Of a stretch of 64,000 bases of DNA, positions 28,053 through 37,000 are shown piece by piece. The stretch comes from a virus. Lineage: Duplodnaviria; Caudoviricetes. Where the stretch lies: the IMG/VR virus record IMGVR_UViG_3300031993_000015, one strand, 5' to 3'. Under the pieces are notes generated by a model. That model was not told the DNA's origin, did not search any database, and saw only the letters and a list, made by a program, of their open reading frames with translations. Every line of letters begins with the position of its first letter. Within the stretch, counting starts at the first letter, position 1. Made by a program: the position numbers and the translations under genes.

Positions 28053-29747
28053 ATGAATCTCAATCGCATTCACAAGAGCATGCTCAAGCGGGCAGACTTT
28101 CTCGATGAGCTGAAATATTATGCCAAAGGTCTTGGCATGTTGAGCAGCGATGACGTCGCTGATGCTTACAAGAACTCAATCGACAATCTCAGTACTGGCA
28201 TGGCGAATGCGTATACTGGGACTCGTGACGCAATCAACAATGGTGCGCAGGCCGTCGCCAATACATACAACGGCGCTGTCGATAACCTGGCGACTGGTAT
28301 GGCGAATGCCTACACGGGAACTCGCGATGCTGTGAACCGTGCTGGCCAGGCTATCGCTGACACTTACAATGGCGCGGTTGATAACCTGTCCACTGGCATG
28401 GCGAACGCATACATCGGCGGCCGTGATGCGATTAACCGTGGAGCCCAGGCTGTCGGCGATGCATACAACGGAGCCGTGGACAACCTTTCCACCGGAATGG
28501 CGAATGCCTATCTTGGCGGCCGCGACATGGTCAACCAGGCTGGTCAGGCCATCAACAACGGAATCAATGCCGCCAAGCAGACAGGTCAACAGATCGCTGA
28601 TGAAGCCAAGTATTATGGCAAAGGTCTTGGCATGATGGATGCCAATGACATGACGGCGGGTATCAACCAGTTCTACAACGCGGCCAGCGATGCGGCTGCT
28701 CCCGCAATCAACGCCGGACAGCAGGCTGTTCAGGCTGGTCGTACTGCCGTCGGAAACGCCAGAGATGCCGCCGGTCAGGCGATCAATCGTGGCGCACAGG
28801 CTGTGAACAATACCTACAACAGCATGATGAACAGAGGTCAGCAGCTCTGGGATTCCGCGAAGCAGAAAGGTCAGCAGATCGCTGATGATCTGCGATACAC
28901 CGGCCAGGGCCTCGCGATGGATGCCCAGGATACCTGGAATGATATGAAGCGCACTGGTCAGGATGTCCGCAGAATGGCTGGAAACGAAGCCAGAGCGGCG
29001 GGCCAGGCCATCAACAATGGTGTGCAGGCTGTGAATAACGGCATGCAGGCTGTGAACAATGGTATCCAGGCTGGTGTCAATGCCGGTGTCAACGCCGGTC
29101 GTGCTGCTGGCCAGGCTGTCCAGAACGGTGTCCAGGCTGCAGGTAACGCCGTCGGCAACGCCTACGACAAGGCTTCCGACTGGATGTCCGGCGCCATGTA
29201 CGGCAACACCTACCGCAACGCGATGAACTCCATGCAGGATGCGCAGAACGCTCGTGTCAATCCGAGCTACGCTGACAACCCGGCCATCCGCCGTCGCGCC
29301 TCTGACGAAAACGTCCGTCAGATGCAGCAGTACATGCAGCCGCAGATCGCGGCCGAGAACAACGATCAGGCGATGCAGCAGTGGGCGCAGGGCATGCAGC
29401 AGATGCAGCGCAACGGCGTCCAGGGTGCCAACCAGTACTCTGCGAACCCGGCTCCCGCTATGGGACGTCTCGGCGGCGCCGGACAGTACATGCAGCAGCG
29501 CCAGAACGCCAACACGAACCTCGGTGGCGCCGGCCAGTACTTCGCCAACCGCGCTCAGGGCATGCGCCGCGACAACGCCAGACAGGGCATGCAGCAGTTC
29601 TGGGGCGGCATGAACCGCCAGATGCAGAACCTGCGCACTCCGCAGCCCGGCGCCAACACGACCGGCAGCTACATGCCTCCGCGCATGGCCAATAACAACA
29701 TGCAGCAGCGCATGAGAAACTTCCAGAACAGCATGCGCCAGTTCTGA
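28053..29747 (+). CDS. Putative internal head protein with amphipathic repeats and Q/N/M-rich tail
   Basis: MNLNRIHKSMLKRAD leader; four 33-aa repeats. Confidence 0.6.
   Translation: MNLNRIHKSMLKRADFLDELKYYAKGLGMLSSDDVADAYKNSIDNLSTGMANAYTGTRDAINNGAQAVANTYNGAVDNLATGMANAYTGTRDAVNRAGQAIADTYNGAVDNLSTGMANAYIGGRDAINRGAQAVGDAYNGAVDNLSTGMANAYLGGRDMVNQAGQAINNGINAAKQTGQQIADEAKYYGKGLGMMDANDMTAGINQFYNAASDAAAPAINAGQQAVQAGRTAVGNARDAAGQAINRGAQAVNNTYNSMMNRGQQLWDSAKQKGQQIADDLRYTGQGLAMDAQDTWNDMKRTGQDVRRMAGNEARAAGQAINNGVQAVNNGMQAVNNGIQAGVNAGVNAGRAAGQAVQNGVQAAGNAVGNAYDKASDWMSGAMYGNTYRNAMNSMQDAQNARVNPSYADNPAIRRRASDENVRQMQQYMQPQIAAENNDQAMQQWAQGMQQMQRNGVQGANQYSANPAPAMGRLGGAGQYMQQRQNANTNLGGAGQYFANRAQGMRRDNARQGMQQFWGGMNRQMQNLRTPQPGANTTGSYMPPRMANNNMQQRMRNFQNSMRQF
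28167..28562 (+). repeat. Four 99-bp coding tandem repeats
   Basis: YNGAVDNLSTGMANAYxGxRDAINRxxQAxxxx, four copies. Confidence 0.9.
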
Positions 29748-29759
29748 TTGGAGGTTCCT

Positions 29760-29867
29760 ATGAATCTTCCAGTCGTTTATACACACATGTCTGTGGTCTC
29801 CAAGGAGATCCCGGACAAGGTCATAAAATCCAAAGTGCGCAACTTCAACGATATTGCGCCAGAGTAA
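29760..29867 (+). CDS. Small ORF (35 aa)
   Basis: GGAGG RBS; MNLPVVYTHMSVVSKEIP... Confidence 0.45.
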   Translation: MNLPVVYTHMSVVSKEIPDKVIKSKVRNFNDIAPE

Positions 29868-29878
29868 GGAGACTCAAG

Positions 29879-30817
29879 ATGAATATCGAACGAATTAAAA
29901 ATTCGATGCTCAAGACAGCTGCAGCTCATGTCAGCATTTCGTATCCCTGGGTTATCCATAGTGATGGTCGTGTCGAGGGGTATGGACAGGCCCCTACCAT
30001 AACGACAACTGGAATGCCTGACATATCCAATGGTTTTGGTGGTAACACCCAGGACAGTGGAAAATACGATTACGAAGGCAACTACCAATTGCAACGGGCA
30101 GCAGAAGCGGCGGATCGTGCAAGACAGCTGGAACTTTATGGTCCAGCCGACAACATGTCCAAGTACAATGAGATATACAATTCCGCAGTTCCAATGGAGA
30201 AAGCACGTCAGATCAATCAGATCAACGAGATGTCTCTGCAAAATCCCGTTGCAGCTGCTTACAATAAACAGCAGTCATCCAGTATGCTGTCGCCACGACA
30301 GCGTGCTTATAATAACGGTGCGAGGGTTTTGAATACTCTCGGAAGTATGATGGACAGAGGTCTCAATCGTATCGGCGAAATGTACGATGCCAATCTGACC
30401 AGAGCTAAAGAAGCGCAAGGTCTTACACCTGCTCAGATCCATGGACCGTCAGCAGCCGAATATCAAAAGGGTCACGAGATCTACGGCCCAAATGATACTA
30501 CGGGCTTCATGACACCGGTACGCAACTCACCGCTGTGGGAGAAGACACCACAGGACTACGCAAGAGATGCTGAAATGGCCAAGCGCAACAAGAAATGGGA
30601 TGCCCAGAGTAAGAAACGCAGAGCTATTTGGGATGCGCAATCAAGGGCTCGTCAGTTCAAGAGAAACCAAGAACGCTTCGGTAGTTACCTGGATGATGCA
30701 CGCAATGCATGGTCGCCCGAAGAACGTGATCGCGCTTTGATGAAGGCACGTCTCCTGCCCCCAAGAGATGCATCTGATGAGTTTACGCAGCATGTTTGGT
30801 TCCCTGGAGAAATTTGA
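29879..30817 (+). CDS. Putative internal head protein
   Basis: MNIERIKNSMLKTAAA leader. Confidence 0.55.
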   Translation: MNIERIKNSMLKTAAAHVSISYPWVIHSDGRVEGYGQAPTITTTGMPDISNGFGGNTQDSGKYDYEGNYQLQRAAEAADRARQLELYGPADNMSKYNEIYNSAVPMEKARQINQINEMSLQNPVAAAYNKQQSSSMLSPRQRAYNNGARVLNTLGSMMDRGLNRIGEMYDANLTRAKEAQGLTPAQIHGPSAAEYQKGHEIYGPNDTTGFMTPVRNSPLWEKTPQDYARDAEMAKRNKKWDAQSKKRRAIWDAQSRARQFKRNQERFGSYLDDARNAWSPEERDRALMKARLLPPRDASDEFTQHVWFPGEI

Positions 30818-31539
30818 TGCCAGACACCACCGGTACACTCAACAATCTCGTCAGGGCTCAGCAGAAGTTCATCGCGAACGTTCTGGATGAGAAGCCCACA
30901 CAGATCTACAGGCTGGACGATTACAAGCAGATCAGGAATGCGCTGTTCGACAACGTGAAGAACGCTGTGCAGAAGCGCTTCCCTCTGTTCAATGATCGCT
31001 ACACCTTGGCTGTTGAGGACATCGACTATGATGACCCTGACGAGATCGACATCACGAAGCAGAAACAGTGCATCCTGGAAGGCAAGTCCTGCGACCGTCG
31101 CCTTCGCGGATCCTGGGTGCTTCGTGATGCAGCGACTGACAAGGTCGTGAGTAAGACCAAGCGCATGACTCTGATGCGCGTGCCCTACATGACAGACCGT
31201 GGAACTTTTATCCGCAATGGCCACGAGTACGCCTTCACGAATATCATGCGCCTGGAACCCGGTGTGTACACGAAGAAGCGCGACGACGAGATCTCCGCAC
31301 AGTTCAACGTGCAGAAAGGGACCGGCGCTGGCTTCAATATGTTCCTGACACCGGAAACAGGCATCTTCAAGATCAAACGAGGAACTACCAGCTGTCCTGC
31401 TTACACGGTATTCAAAGACCTCGGTGTGACCGACGACCAGATGCAGGAAGCCTGGGGACAGGAACTGTTTGAGAAGAACAAGAAGGCAGGCACGGACGAG
31501 AAAGCTCGTCAGGCTGCCTCCAAGATCTACAACATGTGA
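30817..31539 (+). CDS. rpoB: RNA polymerase beta subunit, N-terminal fragment
   Basis: VPYMTDRGTFIRNGHEY...MRLEPGVY corresponds to RpoB IPLMTxxGTFIINGxER...RSPGVY. Confidence 0.85.
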   Translation: MPDTTGTLNNLVRAQQKFIANVLDEKPTQIYRLDDYKQIRNALFDNVKNAVQKRFPLFNDRYTLAVEDIDYDDPDEIDITKQKQCILEGKSCDRRLRGSWVLRDAATDKVVSKTKRMTLMRVPYMTDRGTFIRNGHEYAFTNIMRLEPGVYTKKRDDEISAQFNVQKGTGAGFNMFLTPETGIFKIKRGTTSCPAYTVFKDLGVTDDQMQEAWGQELFEKNKKAGTDEKARQAASKIYNM

Positions 31540-31546
31540 GAACATC

Positions 31547-32179
31547 ATGCAGACATACGCAGAGTTCAGAAAGACAGCACAGACTGTGACGGACGTGTGG
31601 ACGCCTGGTATGATGACGCCTCAAGAGGCTGCTGATTACCACAAGTCTGTGCAGGAAGCCAACAAGATCAGCGACGCATACACATACACTGTTCCAGACG
31701 ATTCAGATTTCGATGACGGCGGTCCGACCTATTTCGATTTGAAGAGACAGGAAATGGAAGATGCGCGTGCTGCTCGTTTTGGCGAAGAACACAGGTTTGC
31801 AGAAGATGCATCGGACATACTGTCTGATGATGGTCCTGGCGAGTTCGGTGAAGATCTCGGAGCACCTGCTGAGCCGCCATCTGTTCCCAAGACACCGATT
31901 CCGCCTAAGCCGCCGACGGTGCAGACCAGGACTACGCCGAATGTGTTTGTAGCCACGAATACAGGTGCTGATCTGAATAAGATGTATCAGAATGCAACGA
32001 ATCCTGTGAATCCGACAGGTCGCAGGAATGTCGCGGGCTCCACTACATATAAGCCAGCGCCGTCTTCATTCAAGCAGCCGACGCAGGCAGATGCGGAGCC
32101 GAAAACGCCAATGAAGAAATTCCAGTCATACCAGGAGTTTCGCACCAAGAATGGCTTGTACGCGAAAATCACCGCATGA
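31547..32179 (+). CDS. Putative internal head protein (CTS-like leader)
   Basis: MQTYAEFRKTA leader; P/T-rich; C-terminal SYQEF. Confidence 0.55.
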   Translation: MQTYAEFRKTAQTVTDVWTPGMMTPQEAADYHKSVQEANKISDAYTYTVPDDSDFDDGGPTYFDLKRQEMEDARAARFGEEHRFAEDASDILSDDGPGEFGEDLGAPAEPPSVPKTPIPPKPPTVQTRTTPNVFVATNTGADLNKMYQNATNPVNPTGRRNVAGSTTYKPAPSSFKQPTQADAEPKTPMKKFQSYQEFRTKNGLYAKITA

Positions 32180-32277
32180 CGCACCCACTAATGTAACGAA
32201 GGACAACATCCTTTCCAAATAGAAACCAACAAAAGCTATCTCGATAGCAACCAAACATAACACAGAGGAGTCTTACA

Positions 32278-32844
32278 ATGACTTACAACGAAGCAGTCGC
32301 TCGTGCTCGCATGGCCTATGGCCAGATCAAAACCGCTGGCAGTTACGATGCAAACGGAAACTATCAGCTGTCCGAACTCGACAAGACCGACGTCCGTCGC
32401 AAACAGTCCGAGATCGAACACGGTTCTCCGAAGACCGTTCCGCACTCCACGCCGGCTGAAAAAGCAGAACGCGCTATGGCGGTGAATGAGGCTTCCCTCA
32501 ACAACCCGACTGGCGTCACCAATCAGAGCTTCCCCGGCGGCATCGAAGATGCCTACGAGGCTCTCGCTGCTGACAGACGCAGCAATGCGCTTGCCGGTAC
32601 TGGTATCGGTGCTCTCGCCGGTCTCGGCGTTGGCGCTGGTGCCTACGGACTGATGGGTCTGTTCCCGTCCCTCCGCAAGCGTCGTCTTCTCCGCGCCCTC
32701 ATCGCTCTCAGCGCCGGTGGTGCTGCCGGTACCGCCGCTGGTATCGCGACGGCCAGAGGTCTCAACAGTGGCAAGATTCAGGGTGCCTACGCTGACTATT
32801 CCGGTCGCCTCGGCAACGCGCTCAACGCACTCAAGGGTGCCTGA
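32278..32844 (+). CDS. Putative virion glycine-zipper protein
   Basis: MTYNEAV...IKTAG; AGTGIGALAGLGVGAGAYG; AGGAAGTAAGIA. Confidence 0.55.
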   Translation: MTYNEAVARARMAYGQIKTAGSYDANGNYQLSELDKTDVRRKQSEIEHGSPKTVPHSTPAEKAERAMAVNEASLNNPTGVTNQSFPGGIEDAYEALAADRRSNALAGTGIGALAGLGVGAGAYGLMGLFPSLRKRRLLRALIALSAGGAAGTAAGIATARGLNSGKIQGAYADYSGRLGNALNALKGA

Positions 32845-32912
32845 TTTCTGTCAAACATCGCAGGGAGTGTCTCCACACGGGGACCCTCCCTGTATTCTTA
32901 AAGAGGTGACAA

Positions 32913-33911
32913 ATGAACTCTCTTGAACTTCTTGCAGTCGTTGCCGCCCAGGGCATGGTCAAGACTGCTGCCCCTCTTCCCGGACGCTTCCTCGCCGGCG
33001 GCAAGTCGGCGGATGAACAGCTGACCGAAGATCTCATGAACGACTACTGGGCTCGTATGCGTGCTGGCGATGCCAATGCGCAGGCTCCCGCCGACGAGGA
33101 CACCAGCGTTGGTCGCTTCGGCCGTTCCGCTGCCGATACAGGCGTTGACCTGGCCACGATGGCCGGTGCCTACGGCGGCTGGAGAGGCGGTTCTCGTCTC
33201 GGCGACGCTATCGCAAATCGCGTCGGCGGCCGTATCACTGGTCTGGCTGACCGCGCTGGCGCTGCTATCCAGGATCGTCTTGGACGCGCTGGTACGAATC
33301 TCGAAATCGGTGCCGGTCGTGTTACCAGAGGCCTGACCAATGGCGCTGAAAGACTGGCTGGCAATCTCGAAAATGCCGGTCGCAATGTCGGTCGTCGCGC
33401 CGGCCGTGCTGCTGGTACTGTGAAGGGCAACCTCCGCGCTCTGCCTTACAAGGCTCCGCGCCTTACATCGCGCATCGGCAATGGTCTCAGACTTCCTGCC
33501 GAAGGACTCGCTCAGTTCCCGACTTTGCGCAACCGCGTCTATCCCGGACAGCTCGGAAATCCGACTGCTGTTGATGCAGTCAAGGGCTACGGCAAGCGTC
33601 TGGCTCAGGGTACCAAGGGCAACATGGCTGCTCGTGGTGCTGCTCGCGGTGCTCGTGCTGGTGCTGCTGCCGGTCGTGGCGTCACTCGTGGTGCCGGTGC
33701 TCTCGCCAATGGTGCGAACACTGCTGCCAATGCGATCTCCAGAGGCAGTGCTGCCGCTGGTCGTGGTGTTGGTCGTGGTCTGTCTGCTGCCGGTCGCGGT
33801 GCGGTCAGGGCTATCAAACCCGCTATGGGTGGTGCCGGTGCTGTTGCACTTGGTACACTGTCCAATCTGGCTGCCAACTACGCAGCGGATCGTATCTTCG
33901 GTCAGGGCTGA
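32913..33911 (+). CDS. Putative virion protein, Gly/Ala/Arg-rich amphipathic repeats
   Basis: GMVKTAA; AGRGVxRG repeats. Confidence 0.55.
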   Translation: MNSLELLAVVAAQGMVKTAAPLPGRFLAGGKSADEQLTEDLMNDYWARMRAGDANAQAPADEDTSVGRFGRSAADTGVDLATMAGAYGGWRGGSRLGDAIANRVGGRITGLADRAGAAIQDRLGRAGTNLEIGAGRVTRGLTNGAERLAGNLENAGRNVGRRAGRAAGTVKGNLRALPYKAPRLTSRIGNGLRLPAEGLAQFPTLRNRVYPGQLGNPTAVDAVKGYGKRLAQGTKGNMAARGAARGARAGAAAGRGVTRGAGALANGANTAANAISRGSAAAGRGVGRGLSAAGRGAVRAIKPAMGGAGAVALGTLSNLAANYAADRIFGQG

Positions 33912-33916
33912 CGCAG

Positions 33917-33939
33917 ATTTTCAACTTCAAGTTGAAAAT
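33917..33939. repeat. Dispersed 23-bp palindrome, copy 3 (perfect, intergenic)
   Basis: ATTTTCAACTT-C-AAGTTGAAAAT. Confidence 0.85.
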
Positions 33940-33941
33940 TC

Positions 33942-33973
33942 AGAGGACTCCTCATTGGGGTCCTCTTTCTTTT
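33942..33973 (+). terminator. Rho-independent terminator upstream of the large RNAP gene
   Basis: AGAGGACTCC/GGGGTCCTCT followed by TTCTTTT. Confidence 0.7.
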
Positions 33974-34016
33974 ATAGTAGAATGATACGCGGAGACTACA
34001 TAAGAGGAGAATAACT

Positions 34017-37000
34017 ATGCCTGATGCACCTGTTTCACCGATACAAGCTGCCGGTACTGCCATGACCAATATCCGGCTCACACCGGAAAAACCGCTCAAG
34101 ACCGCAGCTGACTGGGTGCGCGATATGCGCATGTCACCCAGTGTGAACAAGACCACAACAGGTGTGGACACTGCTCAGGTGAACGGCGAGTTGATGCTCG
34201 CTACCTCAAAGCGTCTACTCGGTATTTCCAGGGGCAAGCAGGAACCAGACCCGAAGGACTCCCTGGAGTTTCAGCGGTTCTATGGCCCAGCCGAGTACTT
34301 TGCAGAACACGTGCTTCGTGACGGCAACAAACTGGGGCGCAACATCCTGTGGAAAGCAACAAACGTTGGCAACCTGGATTTCATGCCAGTCAATGCGCTG
34401 GACAAGCACATCAGTGACGTCTACTACGACAGCAAGCTCGCCCAGATGATCGACGGTTCCTCTCCACTGGAAACAGTTGATGCCTCCTACAAGACCACCC
34501 GTATCGGTGAAGGCGGCGTTGGAGACCTTGATTCAGCTCCTGACGAGATGCGCACAGTGCAGCCATCCTTCCTCGGTTTTGTAGATCCGGTCCGCAGTCC
34601 GGAGAGCTTCCGCGTCGGGTTGGATGTCTATATGACTAAGAATGTTATGAAGGGATCCGACGGAAAACTGTACCAGAAATTCATCAATGCACATACAGGC
34701 AAGGAAGAGCTGGTCGATTCCGAGACCATCGCGAAATCTGTTGTGACAACGCCTGAGATGATGCACTCCAAGACCAAATCGGTGTTCGCTATGGGCGGCC
34801 CGACTGGCGTCCGCATCGTTCCTCGCAAGGACGTTGACTACTACCTGCCCAGAGCAGATGAAGCCTACAGCATGTCTTCCAACATGGTGACGATGCCGTC
34901 TGCAGTCATCGGCATGCGACTCCTGATGGGTTGTCTGCATCCGGACACGAACGTACTGGTTGCGGATGATCACAACATGATCTCCATGAAGCCGGCCAAG
35001 TATCTGACCGCGCACAACCAACGCATCCCAGGCATGACCAGCGAGTTCAAGACCGCCTGCTACGATATGCAGAATACAATCGCCAAGCTGACACCGAAGC
35101 CGCGCTGGTTCAAGAAGATTGTCACAAAGTCCGGCCGAGTCCTCGTCACCAGTTATGACCATCGCTGGCCCGTTCTCATCAACGGCAAAATGACTCTGGT
35201 CCAGGCACGTGACTTGAAACCTGGCGATACTATCCTGCGCTCTGCTTTCCGCGATGTACCGAATCGGCGCACGTTCCTGAACAAACATCTCATCACGAAG
35301 GATGTTGCCTTCTTCCTGGGACTCCTCTGTAGATCCGCCAAGAGCAACAAGCGTGGGTCTGTCACGTTCCGCTACAAGTGTGGTGCTGACGTCAGGATTC
35401 GTGATGCCATTCATTATGTTTGGGGTGACTGCAAGCCGGTTATCCGGCAGTATAAGAAAGACGGGTTCTACTGCATGACTGTGCGCTGCGAAGCGCTTTG
35501 GCAGTTTGTCGAAGACCACATCGGTTTCACAGACAGCACCCGTGACATCCCATCCGAGATTCTCAGCACTTACGCAGAGATCGTTGCCGAGTTCCTGAAC
35601 GGGTACACTTGCGATGACACTATGATGGGTACAGACAGCAACGAGGACATCTGGATTTTGTTCATTCCGAACATGAAGGTGCGCGACGAGCTGTCCTTCC
35701 TGTTCGCCCGTATTGGTACTGACACGCTGTACCGCGATGCTCCTGGTGCAGATCCCAATCATGTCGAGATTGCACTGAAGATCAGCGACACTTCCAGGCT
35801 CTGGAACGACATGTACAAAGACACCATCAAGTACGTCTGGGAAGGCCCGCGCTGTCCTATCATGGTTGACATCGACATCAACGACAACATGTATGCAGTC
35901 GCCAACGGCATCGTGACGCACAATTCCAAGTACCCGCTGCAGGCCATTTCGCTGGAACACAGAGAGGCGCCGCTTGTGCGTACTCTTGACGAGGCCTCCG
36001 GCAAGGACATGTCAACACTGGTCGGCAAGTTCCTGGGAGCCAGGTTTGCACCACAGGGTGGCGTCGTCACGGCAGTCCGCAAGGATCGCATCGACGTCAT
36101 CTGGGACGACGGCAGCAAGGGTGCGGTTCCTCTGTATGTGAATTTCCCGATGAACGCCAAGGGCTTCATCAACAATACACCGGTCATCAAAGCCGGTATG
36201 CCATTCAAGAAAGGCGACATCCTGGCCAGTTCCAACTACACGGACAAGGACGGAACGGCTGCTCTTGGTATCAACCTGAAGTCCGGCTGGATCAGCTGGA
36301 AGGGCGGCACTTATGAAGACGCTGTTGTCATCAGCGAGGAAGCCGCCAAGAAGCTGACCAGCACGACCATGTATAACACATCGGTCGATCTGGATAAGAC
36401 CATAAGCCTGGGCAAGAAGAACTACATCACCTGGAAGCCTGCCGAGTACACAAAGGAGCAGATGGAACAGCTGGACGACAACGGTATAGTTCGACCTGGC
36501 ACTGTACTGCACAAGGGCGACCCGATGATTCTGGCTGTCCGTACATCGGAACCCAGTCCAGGTACGATGGGTAAGCGCATCCTGACAGATCTGTCCGAGA
36601 CGTGGGATCATGACCATGAAGGCATCGTGACAGATGTTGTCAAGACGCGCAAGGGTGTCAAGGTCTTTACGACTGTGACTGCTCCGGCGGAAGTCGGCGA
36701 CAAGATTGCCGGTCTGCACGGCAACAAGGGCACGATTGCTCAGATTCTGCCAAAGGAACAGATGCCGCAGACCAAGCAGGGTACCCCGCTTGATATCTGT
36801 TTCAGTCCTTTGGGAGTTACCAGCCGCAACAATACGGCGCAGCTCTATGAGGCGCTGCTCGGCAAGGTTGCGAAGAAGACCGGACAGATTCAGACTTTGC
36901 CGGCGTTCTTTGAAGGCGACTTGCATGACTATGTCGAAGGCAAGCTGAAAGAAGCGCATGTACATGCTGACGATGACCTGGTAGATCCGGAGACAGGTCG

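Noticed and set aside
28167-28562. Tandem repeats (also 38870-39390) as a CRISPR array
   Set aside because: In-frame coding repeats with synonymous variation, no unique spacers and no cas genes.
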